DNA of 63,947 nt, filler included, from Globobulimina sp. (lineage: Eukaryota), in assembly GCA_003354225.1 (NCBI GenBank). It is 5 parts of 5 records of this genome, joined end to end, with 100 filler letters (N's around TTAATTAATTAA, not from the genome) between each part and the next. Parts side by side here need not be neighbours in the genome. Positions count along the whole stretch, not along the records: positions 1 to 13,719 come from PIVH01000008.1; 4 more parts are not named here. The stretch is one strand, 5' to 3'. The notes under the pieces were generated by a model, which saw only the letters and a program-made list of their open reading frames with translations, did no database searches and was not told the origin of the DNA. Of the stretch, positions 1-10,137 are shown piece after piece; the first letter of the stretch is position 1; every line of letters starts with the position of its first letter. Both the position numbers and the translations under genes were made by a program.

Positions 1-106
1 TACTAAAGTTATTTATTTTTTATGGGAGTATGAGGTATAAACACTAATTAGAAAAAAAGAGATAATTGACCTTATTGGTTTATCTTGCAATGAACATTAT
101 CCTGAT

Positions 107-661
107 TCAGGCCATTTTTGCAAAAGTAACTTTTTTCCCCTTGTGATCCCAAGTTAATTCCGTTCCAGGCTTTACTTTAACATAGTACTCGCCTTTTTCT
201 TCAAAAGTTGTAGGCATGCCTTGAATTTCGCTGTATTTTGCATGGGATTGTTTGCCAAGGTAAAAATTAAGCCCTAGGAAAAACATCCCTATACAACCCA
301 ATGCTACCATTGAAACTAAAACTTTCATTCTTATTTTACGAAATTTCTCTAGCCTTTCATGCTCCGTACCATATAATTTTTTTCTAGCTTCTTCAAATCG
401 CCTAATTACGCCATCTCCTTCTGCAACAATTTGGTTGTAAATCGCTTCTGCTCTTTCATTTTGATGAATAGCTCTATCAAGATGACCAGATGCAGCAGTA
501 GTTAATTCAGATGTGATTTTTTCTGTAGATGAGATAAATTCTTTTTGATGGTCTGCTAAATCCTTGAAAACCTCGTCAGCCTCTTCATACATTTCCTTGG
601 TTTGGTTGTGAATTGCAAATATTTCATCAACACATTCCTGCATTTTACGTATACTTGACAT
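107..661 (-). CDS. Hypothetical coiled-coil protein with C-terminal TM helix, possibly a mobilization accessory protein
   Basis: 184-aa ORF, helical N-terminus, hydrophobic segment VLVSMVALGCIGMFFLGLNFYLG, next to the mob genes. Confidence 0.55.
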   Translation of the reverse strand: MSSIRKMQECVDEIFAIHNQTKEMYEEADEVFKDLADHQKEFISSTEKITSELTTAASGHLDRAIHQNERAEAIYNQIVAEGDGVIRRFEEARKKLYGTEHERLEKFRKIRMKVLVSMVALGCIGMFFLGLNFYLGKQSHAKYSEIQGMPTTFEEKGEYYVKVKPGTELTWDHKGKKVTFAKMA

Positions 662-779
662 TTAATAATCCTTCATGAAAACACTTATTGTGCATCTCAA
701 TAGTAATAAAAACAATAAAAATTTATATGTGCTAAATAATGCTGTTATAATATCGGTCAATCGCTCATAGGGCTTATAA

Positions 780-2459
780 ATGGATTTTAACAACAACGTT
801 AGCTTAACTTTACCAGAAAGAATTGAGCTAATATGTAAATATCGTAGTCATCAATCTAAACTCTTTAGAGGTTCTTTGCCTAATGTAAGCCTTTCTGAAA
901 ACAATATGGGATGCTTGGTTTTTATAGTATTTAGCATAGTAGTTTATTTAATAATGGCCGGCATCTATCTATATGGGGAAGGGGTTTGGCAAACTTATGC
1001 AACTCCTATAGTAATTACTTGTGCTAGCATGTTTGTTATATTTATTTTAAATAAAATTAGAAAAAAGAGAAAACGTAACAAATTAGTAGGCGGTACTAGC
1101 AATTCTGTTTTATGGCTCGGTTACTCCACTGGAAAATTAGCAAACCTTTGGCATAAACCTGGGCTTGCTGCCAATCAGCATATTTCATTATCTTTAGAGG
1201 ATGCTTGCAAAAACATTTTAGTTTTAGGCGCTATTGGCTCTGGTAAAACTACCTGTGTTATGCAGCCATTATTAGCTCAAGCACTTGAGCAAGACTGGGG
1301 TGGGTTGGTTTTTGATATTAAAGGCGACTTTAAGCATGCTGTTCAAGCTATAGCAAATACTATCAGTAATAAAAAAATAACGATTATTGGCCCTAATAAC
1401 CAGCAGTTAAATTTGTTAGCAGGATTAACGCCAGAAATTGCTGCATCCTTTTTAAAATCAACCTTTTTGTTAAGCGGCCATTCTCTAGATTCTTTTTGGA
1501 TAGATACAGCAACTGAGTTATGTCGTAATTGCTTGGGATTATTACAAAATCTACCTAAGCGTTATAATCTGCTTGGTTTATATGAATATTTATTCGAGCC
1601 AGAGACAAAACAAATTATTGATGGAGAATTATTTGTTGTACAAAAACAATTAGAGCCAAAAGCCCAAAGACTATTAAAAAGCTACCAAAATTATGTTGAT
1701 AATATTTTCGATAAATTTGACGATAAAGTAAAGAGTAATGTTAAAGCCACTGTAGCACAAGTTTTATCTCCTTTTAACCATCCAGAGCTTTTAGATGCTT
1801 TCTGCTCATCAGATAATAAGTCTCTATCTATGGAAAAACTATTGGATGGCCACGTTTATTTAGTAGATATGCCCTTATCTGCTTGGGGATTAGGAGGCAA
1901 AGTGGTGTACACTTTTATTAAGCTACGTTTTTTTAATCTCATGCAACAACGTCAAGCAAAGGCTGATTTAAACCAAGACCGCCCTGTATTGTTTATGTGC
2001 GATGAATATCAAGAAATTGTTAGTGCCAATAAAGATGGCTTATCAGATTTAAATTTCTGGGATAAATCCCGCTCTAGCAAAACCATTGGTATTATTTCTT
2101 CGCAATCCATCTCTAGTTTTTATGCAGCACTTAATAACAAACATGCTGCTGATGCTCTATTACAAAATTTTTGTCAACGCATATTATTAAAAACTGACGA
2201 CCAAGCTACATTAGAATTTGCCAGTAAAATAACAGGGTATACAACAACAAAAAGACTTCATCGTAGTAAATCTAAAAGCTCAGAGTTTAATTCAACAGAA
2301 CATACTAGTGAAAGTATTATAGAAACTAAAGAGCTAATCGTTGATGCCCAATTGTTTCGCAATCTAAACCCAATGGATGCCATTGCATTTTTTACTATTA
2401 ATGGGCATAACCTAGATGATGTAGTTAGATTAATGCCAGTTTTTACCAATGAGACTTAG
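780..2459 (+). CDS. Type IV coupling protein-like ATPase (TraD/TraG/VirD4 family)
   Basis: Two N-terminal TM helices, Walker A GAIGSGKT, FDIKGD, Walker B LFMCDEYQE, convergent with relaxase. Confidence 0.85.
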   Translation: MDFNNNVSLTLPERIELICKYRSHQSKLFRGSLPNVSLSENNMGCLVFIVFSIVVYLIMAGIYLYGEGVWQTYATPIVITCASMFVIFILNKIRKKRKRNKLVGGTSNSVLWLGYSTGKLANLWHKPGLAANQHISLSLEDACKNILVLGAIGSGKTTCVMQPLLAQALEQDWGGLVFDIKGDFKHAVQAIANTISNKKITIIGPNNQQLNLLAGLTPEIAASFLKSTFLLSGHSLDSFWIDTATELCRNCLGLLQNLPKRYNLLGLYEYLFEPETKQIIDGELFVVQKQLEPKAQRLLKSYQNYVDNIFDKFDDKVKSNVKATVAQVLSPFNHPELLDAFCSSDNKSLSMEKLLDGHVYLVDMPLSAWGLGGKVVYTFIKLRFFNLMQQRQAKADLNQDRPVLFMCDEYQEIVSANKDGLSDLNFWDKSRSSKTIGIISSQSISSFYAALNNKHAADALLQNFCQRILLKTDDQATLEFASKITGYTTTKRLHRSKSKSSEFNSTEHTSESIIETKELIVDAQLFRNLNPMDAIAFFTINGHNLDDVVRLMPVFTNET

Positions 2460-5032
2460 AGACTTAATTCATAATCTATAGTTCGCTCTATTCCCTTGGT
2501 ATTTTCTATTTCTTTATTTGTTTTAATAGTAAAACTTGGCTCTTGTTCACCTGTTGAAGATTGGGATTTTTCAATTGTATACTCCTTGCCAGATGATAAA
2601 TCTTTACATATATCATTTTTTAATAGCTTAACTTGATTGCCTTGCTCTAACATACCATAGATCTCATCTCCAAGTTTAACAGTTCCTCTAAATATACCCT
2701 TATCTTGGTCTTGTAATTCAAATGAAATATTTTTTTCAAGCTTTTCATTAAGCTTATCTACATCACGACTTAATTGACGTTGCATTAATCTGCTTTTTGC
2801 ATTACTCATATCCTTTTGCGATATTTCTGGAGTTATTTCCTGCTGGCTCTGCTGTTTTTTAAAATCAACTTGATAGTCCACTGTTATATCCTTAGCTCTT
2901 TCTCGCTCAAAGGTTTGATATAATATTTCTTTATTAGCAAACTCATCCTTACTCCAAAATACATCGCAGCTATTTTTGTGGCGCGACATTGAAACATAAG
3001 CTGCATGCCTATCAAAATGCCTGGATGCTAATACATGTGATTGGTCTACTGTAGAGCCTTGATTTTTATGGATAGTAGAAGCATAACCATGGGTGATGTC
3101 TTTATAAAAATCCGTTGAGAAACTTAACACTCTATTATCATGCTTTTTATCTAGTTCAATTGTTAATTTTTCATTATCTATTGCTTTAACAGTTCCTAAT
3201 GTTCCATTACTAATAGCAAGACTTTTTTCATTACGTAAAAACATTATTCTATCTTCTATGGCAAATTCTTTACTGCCTTGTTTAGTTGAAACAGTATGTT
3301 CTTGTCCAAGTTCATCATTATTTTTGCGAATTTCGCGAGCGTTAGTATTCAACTCTTTAACATCTGCTCTGGTATAAGCTAACAGTAATTGGGTCTTATC
3401 TGGTGTATTAGAGCGTACTTCCTGCCATTGCTCTAACATTGAGGTTATGGCTTCTTTCTTTGTTACATGTTCATGAATTAAATCTTGTTGCTCATATGTT
3501 TGTATGGCTTCTCTAATATTACCTGTTGCTAAATTTTTAGTTGCCTCTTTTTGCCAATCTTCTTTTTGGCGCAGTATTACATTAAGCTCTGATGTCCCAA
3601 CCCGCTCACTAATAGCTCGAAACGGTGCGCCAGCTTCGATTGCTTGTAACTGTTGCCAATCACCAATTAAGACCAGCTTTGCTTTAGCTTCAGTCACCTC
3701 TTGCATGATTGCTGCCATCTGACGTGATGAAACCATACCAGCCTCATCTATGACAACTACATCTTTGCTAGTTAATTTTTCCCTATCATTTTCCCAATTG
3801 ATTAATCGATTAGCGATAGTGTGGCTTTCAATACCTGAATCCATCTGCAAGTCATCAGCTACTTTTTTGGTTAGTGACATGCCCTTAACATTATAACCAG
3901 CATCACTCCAAGCATTATTTGCAGCACCCAGTAGATAACTCTTACCAGTACCAGCAAAACCTACCACACAGGCTGTATCTCCGCTATTTAGGATATGTGA
4001 GTATGCTGCTTGCTGGGATTCATTGAGAGTATAATTTTTCGTTGCTTGTTTTTGGATTGTATTGCTAACAGAATGATTATTACGTTCAGAGCATTGCTCT
4101 GTTTGATAGCACATTTTACTTTCCATCTCCAGCATTTGAGCCGTACTAAACCTATTTTGATCTAGTTTATCTATACCTAGGTGTACAATATTAGAGTTTG
4201 ATTTAACTTTCTCGAATACTTCGATGAATTGCTCCCTTGAATCAGTATGTCTATTTACAAATCTTGCTATATCATCATGGGTAAATGTAGATTGTTGGCG
4301 AGTTATAGCATCTAAAGCAATTTCAGGGTCATTTAATATCCTCTGGCCATTTTCTTTAGCTATTTGTTTGTGCATTTCAAGACGGGATATATGATGACTA
4401 GCTGCTTTTGCTCCTATCTTGGTTTGTGGCTCTAAGTTAATACCCTGCTCCTCATAGGAACGATGATCTATCCTCATATCATGGCCATGTTGAGCAAGAT
4501 GTCTATTACAATCATCAGCCCATTGCATACGCCAATCCATGAGCATATCTTTGCCATTCCACTCTCTAATCTTATTGCCAAATCCTGTATCAGTAACTTC
4601 TCTAAAACTAAGCATCACATGAATGTGTGAGTTATCCTGACCACCCTTATGCCCTGTATGGATACACGTATCAGCAACCATGCCTTTATCTACAAATGTC
4701 GTTTGAATGAATTCCTTAGTTAAGGCGATATTTTGCTCATCAGTTAGTTCACGAGGTAGAGAGATATTTAATTCCCTAGCTAACTGAGAGTCTTTACGCT
4801 TTTCAATAACTTCAACATGATTCCATAGTTTAGCTCTATCTTTCATCCATTCAGGGGCATTCTCTGGTAGTAATATCTCTTGGTACATCAAATCCTGTTT
4901 CTTGGTGAAGTCATGGGTTAGTTCTGTTCTTTCATCAAGAATTTTTTCGCAAGCACGATAGGCACTAGCAGCTACACTACTACGCCCTTGGCTTCTTGAG
5001 ATGGTCTGTGCTGATAGGTGGTAAATTGCCAT
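2456..5032 (-). CDS. traA: Ti-type conjugative relaxase-helicase TraA (MobA/MobL domain + RecD-like helicase)
   Basis: N-terminal MAIYHLS...SRSQGRS...AYRA, H-x-H motif (HIHVM), IDHRSY; helicase motifs GFAGTGKS, IDEAGMV, GDWQQL, HGYASTIHKNQG. Confidence 0.93.
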   Translation of the reverse strand: MAIYHLSAQTISRSQGRSSVAASAYRACEKILDERTELTHDFTKKQDLMYQEILLPENAPEWMKDRAKLWNHVEVIEKRKDSQLARELNISLPRELTDEQNIALTKEFIQTTFVDKGMVADTCIHTGHKGGQDNSHIHVMLSFREVTDTGFGNKIREWNGKDMLMDWRMQWADDCNRHLAQHGHDMRIDHRSYEEQGINLEPQTKIGAKAASHHISRLEMHKQIAKENGQRILNDPEIALDAITRQQSTFTHDDIARFVNRHTDSREQFIEVFEKVKSNSNIVHLGIDKLDQNRFSTAQMLEMESKMCYQTEQCSERNNHSVSNTIQKQATKNYTLNESQQAAYSHILNSGDTACVVGFAGTGKSYLLGAANNAWSDAGYNVKGMSLTKKVADDLQMDSGIESHTIANRLINWENDREKLTSKDVVVIDEAGMVSSRQMAAIMQEVTEAKAKLVLIGDWQQLQAIEAGAPFRAISERVGTSELNVILRQKEDWQKEATKNLATGNIREAIQTYEQQDLIHEHVTKKEAITSMLEQWQEVRSNTPDKTQLLLAYTRADVKELNTNAREIRKNNDELGQEHTVSTKQGSKEFAIEDRIMFLRNEKSLAISNGTLGTVKAIDNEKLTIELDKKHDNRVLSFSTDFYKDITHGYASTIHKNQGSTVDQSHVLASRHFDRHAAYVSMSRHKNSCDVFWSKDEFANKEILYQTFERERAKDITVDYQVDFKKQQSQQEITPEISQKDMSNAKSRLMQRQLSRDVDKLNEKLEKNISFELQDQDKGIFRGTVKLGDEIYGMLEQGNQVKLLKNDICKDLSSGKEYTIEKSQSSTGEQEPSFTIKTNKEIENTKGIERTIDYELSL

Positions 5033-5266
5033 TACGTGTTTTGTCCTATGAATATCAAATTTAGATTCTGAGGTTCTTTCATTTATTTAGTTTCTCTATC
5101 AAGTTTTTATAATATTATTTCGAATTTCTGTATTTTAGTTATGTCTTAATACAATTCAATAATTAGCAGAATTTCCATATTTGTTTCTAAGTAGCTACTA
5201 AAAAATATTGCAAATTACGATAATATTAATATTTTACTCAATTCTTAAATCTTCATCTAAAAGCGC

Positions 5267-5296
5267 ACGTTGCGAAGCAACGTATAAGCGCGCTCT
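5267..5296 (+). promoter_or_regulatory. MOBQ-family origin of transfer (oriT/nic)
   Basis: Inverted repeat ACGTTGC-GAA-GCAACGT followed by A-TAAGCGCGCTCT, resembling the RSF1010/pTi-family core TAAGTGCGCCCT; lies between divergent traA and traD-like genes. Confidence 0.8.
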
Positions 5297-5482
5297 TCGA
5301 GAATTCTGTTGGCGTATTGTATGGCAGTGGTGGTCTGGATTCAAATCTTTATGGTCATGTGGTTTGTTGGTGTGCTATTTGGTTTTAAATTGATATAGCT
5401 TGTATGTGATTACTCACTTATTATTTGTATCTACGATTTATCTGTTGTATATTTTTGCTTGGTTAGTTATTGGAACATTGGT

Positions 5483-5734
5483 ATGGAGAATTTATCCAGA
5501 GTAGAAAAACTCAAAAAACAACGTAGTACTTTAAATGCCCGCATTCAGAAATTAGAAGCTACTGAAAAGCAGAGAGAACGCAAACAAGATACTAGGCGTA
5601 AGATTCTGGTTGGTTCTTATTATCTTGAGCAAGCTAAAAAAGATGGTTCTATAGATAGGATTAATAAGTTCATGGACGAGTTTTTAACTAGGGAAAGTGA
5701 TAGAGCTTTATTTGGATTGGATAAAGACAAATAA
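5483..5734 (+). CDS. Ti-type TraD / MobS-like mobilization accessory protein
   Basis: Motif RKQDTRRKILVG, small coiled-coil, divergent from traA across oriT; ATG 5483 preferred to TTG 5459. Confidence 0.8.
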   Translation: MENLSRVEKLKKQRSTLNARIQKLEATEKQRERKQDTRRKILVGSYYLEQAKKDGSIDRINKFMDEFLTRESDRALFGLDKDK

Positions 5735-6073
5735 TTATATGATAACAAGTTGTTATCTATTTATCTTATGGTTTAAAATACTATGCTTAATAATAGTAAT
5801 CCCAATAGAGCTAAAATTTCGGACACTTGGTAAGCATATTAGTTTGTAGAAGTATCCATATCTAATAATATCATCTAGGGTAAGCAATTAAGGCCTAGTA
5901 GCTTATCAATCTAAAAAATAAATAATTTTTATTTTTGAGACAAATTAACTACTCGCATACTTTAGCTATAAGTAGTTAATGTTAAATGGTAGAGATTTTT
6001 TGCACACCTCGTGTTTTTATTATGGGCATGCGGGACAAATTAAGGACGATAAATAGATATCTTTTTGTTTTTG

Positions 6074-6103
6074 TTGACATGTTTTAAGGTTTTGGTCGAT
6101 AAT
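6074..6103 (+). promoter_or_regulatory. Putative sigma70 promoter of parAB
   Basis: TTGACA-18 nt-GATAAT upstream of parA. Confidence 0.55.
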
Positions 6104-6175
6104 CGCGTATGTAACGCAAAATATGCACCAAGCCCGTTTTGCAGATTGTAGCAGTATTACAGGTTTTTTATTTAA

Positions 6176-7423
6176 TTGGAACAACAGATGGAAAAATATG
6201 GTTTAGGTCAATTAAATGAGCAAGGGAATCGCTTTAGTTCCCTTAAAGATCATGGATTACAAACCATTCAGCAATTAAAACAATATCTGAATCAACCTAA
6301 ATATAATAGACCATCTAAAACTTTCAAGTTAACAGAAATTATACAACTTCTTGACATCCCTAGAACCACCTTGAGAAATAAAGAAAAAGATTCTATTTTT
6401 TCCTATACCAAAGATAAGGACAACCCTAAAAAAATATATTCTATTTCTGATTTGACTGAAATTCGCAATTACTTCGGTAAAGGTTTCTATAACGGAAAAA
6501 CTATAAGACCTGAAAAAACAGATCCCCTTATTCTCTCTTTTAGCATGTTTAAAGGCGGGGTTGGAAAAACAACTCATGCTTGTCATTTAGCAGCGCATTG
6601 CGCAATTAGTGGATTAAAAACCCTGCTAGTAGATCTAGATCCACAAGCATCTTCAACTTTTATGTATGGATATGTCCCGAGTATTGATATAAGCAGCGGA
6701 AACACAATAAGAGACACATTATTAGAAGATTTTAACTTAATAAAAGAAATTATTAAACATACGCATTATGACGGTCTAGACATCATTACATCAGGTCTTG
6801 AATTGCAATCTGCCGATATTTGTCTACCTAGTGCTAATCATAATAATACCGCAACTTTAGGTGTTCCCATGCTTAGATTGAAAAAAGCTCTTGATCTTGT
6901 AAAGCAGAATTATGACATAATAATCCTTGACTGTGCACCTAATCATGCATCAGTCACTATGAATGCGCTAGCTGCTTCAGATGGTGTAATTTTACCAATA
7001 ACACCTAATATGCTTTCATATGGAAGTTCTATACATTTTATAGAGACCCTTGAAGAATTATCAGAAACTTTAGAACAATACAAAATCCAACTAGCAGAGG
7101 AACAACCAGATCACCCAGAAATACCGGTTTTATCTAAATGCATAAATAAGATATTTAGAATTTTGATCACTAACGATCCTGCTGATAGAGAATCTCAAGA
7201 CGTAAGTGCTGCCATAAGAAAGCTGTATGGTGATTTTGTTCTACCTAGACCAATGTCTAGAACTATAGCTCTTACTAGAGCATCAAATGATATTGGCCTC
7301 TTATATGATGTAAAAAAATCTGAAATTAGAGGCTCTAGAGAATCATTTGAAAGAGGCTTAGCCGCTATGAAAGCAGTTAATGACGATATTTTAACAATTT
7401 TATCAGCTATTACTAATTCTTAA
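6176..7423 (+). CDS. parA: Plasmid partition ATPase ParA/SopA (type Ia, N-terminal HTH)
   Basis: Deviant Walker A KGGVGKTT, LVDLDPQAS, IILDCAP; N-terminal extension; start may be ATG 6188. Confidence 0.92.
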   Translation: MEQQMEKYGLGQLNEQGNRFSSLKDHGLQTIQQLKQYLNQPKYNRPSKTFKLTEIIQLLDIPRTTLRNKEKDSIFSYTKDKDNPKKIYSISDLTEIRNYFGKGFYNGKTIRPEKTDPLILSFSMFKGGVGKTTHACHLAAHCAISGLKTLLVDLDPQASSTFMYGYVPSIDISSGNTIRDTLLEDFNLIKEIIKHTHYDGLDIITSGLELQSADICLPSANHNNTATLGVPMLRLKKALDLVKQNYDIIILDCAPNHASVTMNALAASDGVILPITPNMLSYGSSIHFIETLEELSETLEQYKIQLAEEQPDHPEIPVLSKCINKIFRILITNDPADRESQDVSAAIRKLYGDFVLPRPMSRTIALTRASNDIGLLYDVKKSEIRGSRESFERGLAAMKAVNDDILTILSAITNS

Positions 7424-7426
7424 CAT

Positions 7427-8344
7427 ATGAAAAATAATAAAACTGCAAAACTAAGCCCTATTCAAGCACTAACTCAAGGAGTAGTGGAAAAAAAGATTTT
7501 TCACAAATTGCATGCAAGTAATAATAGATACATTAAAGTAAACCCTAATGAATGCATACCATGGGAACTTCATGATAGAAATTCTATATGGCTAACAAAA
7601 GAAAAATGTAAGGATATTATAAACTCTATTAAACTTAACGGACAAAAAATTCCTGCACTTGCAAGAATTATTTCAGAGTCTAATAAAGCACCTATAAAAT
7701 ACGAACTTATTGCTGGGGCAAGAAGATGGTACGCCTGCTCTACCCTTGGCATACAGTTACATATAAATATAGTTGATGCTGATGATAAAGATTGCGCTAT
7801 CTTGATGCACATTGAAAATAAAGATAGAGAAGATATTTCTGATTTCGAAAGAGCTGTCAGCCTAAAAAACCAACTAAACCAGAATGTGTTCTCTACTCAA
7901 GACGAAATGTGCAAAAAATATGGCTTTAGCAAAAGTTATTTATCTAAAACCTTAAAGGCAACGAAAATTGTAGAACATGATTTTCTGAAAAAATACTTAA
8001 CAGATTTAACGTCTATTTCCATTAATAAAGCTATTTTGTTAAGCAATGCCCTAGAAAATCGTTCCCAATATGAAATTATATATAATAGAGTAAAAAATCT
8101 TAGCTCAAAAAAGATTAGTTTCTCTTCATTCTCTGCATTTGCCTCTGAGTTATTATCTGCAATAGAGCGTAGTAAAAAAGATAAATTTACACAATCATAT
8201 AAGAATAAAAAAGGGGAAAAAATCCTTGTGACTAAAGCTAATAAAAAGAGAATTGTGATAGAAATAGATAAACAGCAATTAGAACGTAACCAAAACGAAG
8301 TACGAGACTATTTAGTTAAAGCGTTCAACGATCTAACTAGTTAA
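7427..8344 (+). CDS. parB: Plasmid partition protein ParB/RepB
   Basis: GQKIPALAR, ELIAGARRWYA (GxRR box), ENKDREDIS, HTH; directly downstream of parA. Confidence 0.9.
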   Translation: MKNNKTAKLSPIQALTQGVVEKKIFHKLHASNNRYIKVNPNECIPWELHDRNSIWLTKEKCKDIINSIKLNGQKIPALARIISESNKAPIKYELIAGARRWYACSTLGIQLHINIVDADDKDCAILMHIENKDREDISDFERAVSLKNQLNQNVFSTQDEMCKKYGFSKSYLSKTLKATKIVEHDFLKKYLTDLTSISINKAILLSNALENRSQYEIIYNRVKNLSSKKISFSSFSAFASELLSAIERSKKDKFTQSYKNKKGEKILVTKANKKRIVIEIDKQQLERNQNEVRDYLVKAFNDLTS

Positions 8345-8385
8345 TTTTTCTAGCTTAGAAGAAGATTTATTTTTATAATCAATGG

Positions 8386-8417
8386 ATTACATAGTTTCCA
8401 ATTGGAAACTATGTAAT
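8386..8417. promoter_or_regulatory. Perfect 32-bp palindrome, candidate parS centromere
   Basis: ATTACATAGTTTCCAA|TTGGAAACTATGTAAT; 16-bp core GTTTCCAATTGGAAAC has the GTT..AAC form of parS sites; ~40 bp after parB. Confidence 0.65.
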
Positions 8418-8471
8418 ATATAAATCAATTAAAATGAGAAATATATATGATAAATTTGAAAGAGTAAACAA

Positions 8472-8538
8472 ATAAAAAAGCCCTAACGCAAACTAGGGCT
8501 TTAAGTTCTTAATCAGGATTAACACCCAACTTCAGCAA
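8472..8538 (-). ncRNA. Predicted counter-transcribed antisense RNA (ctRNA-like) controlling rep
   Basis: Minus-strand promoter TTGACT(8572-8567)-17 nt-TAACAT(8549-8544) and minus-strand intrinsic terminator at 8474-8502, inside the rep leader. Confidence 0.6.
8474..8502 (-). terminator. Intrinsic terminator hairpin
   Basis: Stem AAAGCCCTA/TAGGGCTTT with 8-nt loop; the A6 run on + gives a U-tract on -. Confidence 0.7.
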
Positions 8539-8561
8539 TGTTCATGTTAATCCTGATTAAG
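8508..8561. repeat. Perfect 17-bp inverted repeat in rep leader
   Basis: CTTAATCAGGATTAACA (8508-8524) / TGTTAATCCTGATTAAG (8545-8561). Confidence 0.9.
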
Positions 8562-8599
8562 GTATTAGTCAACTTTTGTCTTTAAAAAAGGAGATAAAC

Positions 8600-10006
8600 A
8601 TGACAGAAAAAGTCATTTCAAACAAAATTTGTCCTGAGAAATTGCAAAGTCTTTGGCAAGAAAAAGAATATCGTAACTTCCCTGTTGTAGTTTTAAGTTA
8701 TGTTAATAGAGATACATCTGTACCCGCTGATGCTCGAATATGTTGGTATGAGCTATTTAATATAGCATATTACAACAGTAACTGGTGTATTCAAATATCT
8801 AAGTCTGAGTTAGCTAAGATGCTTAACAAGAGTGTTCCTAGTATTGAGAGATACCTCAGTAAATTAAAGGAAGCTGGGTATATTAATATTCAAAATGTTC
8901 GAGTAAGAGGTGTTTGGTTGCCATCTAAGATAACTGTTATCGTGCCCCCTGCCTTACTCCAATTATTAGAAGCTGCGCCAGAACGAAAGAAAAGTTCTAA
9001 AGCCAAACCATTGAAGCTTGTAGTTGATAATACCACTAAATATCGTACAAATATGTTCCACGTAGAACCTGATATTAGCCAAAATACTGCTGTAGAGCCT
9101 CCGCCGCCTTATCCTCAATTATGCAGTAAGGGTATCCTCAGATCTGATGGATCTAAGAGTAATATTAATTATAATAAATTATATACTAACAACAATAGAG
9201 ATATAGATAGATCTTCAAAAGAAAATAAATCTTCTGTTGTTATTTTTGATAGAGTTAAAAAATCAGCTAACTGTCCTATAGAGGTAAAACAACACCAGGA
9301 GGTTAAATCTGATAACTTAGTTAACCAGCAACAGATACAAACTCTGGAACATAAATTAACTCCCTTGCGTCAACAACTGAAAACCCTCTCCATTGTTAAT
9401 AAAGCTAAGTTCTACAATGCGAATATGCTGTATCTGGATAATAAGCTACATGGGTTAAGATATTCTGCTGAAATAATGGCCTTAGCTGATTTGCAATACA
9501 GATTTAATGCTGGGTTGATTGTTAAAGCAGATTTGAGACAACAACAGTTGAAAACTCTAGAGGCAGAGTTAAGCTTGTTGAAGTTTGCAGAGCCTGAGTT
9601 ACATTACGGATATATGCAGGAAGATAGTTTTACAGATCAAACCATTGAAAAAAAGAGGTTGCGTATAAATGCAGTTGAGCTAGAGATTAAACAGTTATCT
9701 ATGGTTGATAAGAAAGCTGTAAATGTTAAAAGCCATGATTATTTACATGGCAAAGGGCAAAGGGAGTTCTCAGTTGAACTTAGGGATTGGCTCAATGCTC
9801 AGGTAGAGGAGATCCTTGGAACTACCGATGAAGAGAAGATATTTGAGAAAGTAAATCAAATTGCTTACCAAGTCCGTTTTGGAAATTTACAAATTAGTTA
9901 TAAAACTAATCAGGTTATGAGTGTGCGACATGGAGTGAATGTGGCTTTGATGAAATTACGAGAAGGGGAATGGAGCAAGCCTAGCAATATGCCTAAAGCT
10001 GCATAA
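8600..10006 (+). CDS. Putative plasmid replication initiator with N-terminal winged HTH
   Basis: AAGGAG RBS before ATG 8600; HTH-like ISKSELAKMLNKSVPSIERYLSKLKEAGYI; position downstream of parAB. Confidence 0.6.
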   Translation: MTEKVISNKICPEKLQSLWQEKEYRNFPVVVLSYVNRDTSVPADARICWYELFNIAYYNSNWCIQISKSELAKMLNKSVPSIERYLSKLKEAGYINIQNVRVRGVWLPSKITVIVPPALLQLLEAAPERKKSSKAKPLKLVVDNTTKYRTNMFHVEPDISQNTAVEPPPPYPQLCSKGILRSDGSKSNINYNKLYTNNNRDIDRSSKENKSSVVIFDRVKKSANCPIEVKQHQEVKSDNLVNQQQIQTLEHKLTPLRQQLKTLSIVNKAKFYNANMLYLDNKLHGLRYSAEIMALADLQYRFNAGLIVKADLRQQQLKTLEAELSLLKFAEPELHYGYMQEDSFTDQTIEKKRLRINAVELEIKQLSMVDKKAVNVKSHDYLHGKGQREFSVELRDWLNAQVEEILGTTDEEKIFEKVNQIAYQVRFGNLQISYKTNQVMSVRHGVNVALMKLREGEWSKPSNMPKAA

Positions 10007-10137
10007 TTGCTGTAACTTATTGAACAATAAAGAAAAATTGGTTTGAAAAACGGAAGTTCTTTTGATATTATACAAACTATTTTGTAGAAGTTAGCGTAAA
10101 GATCTTAGTTGGTAGCCATATCGGGTACAATATACAC

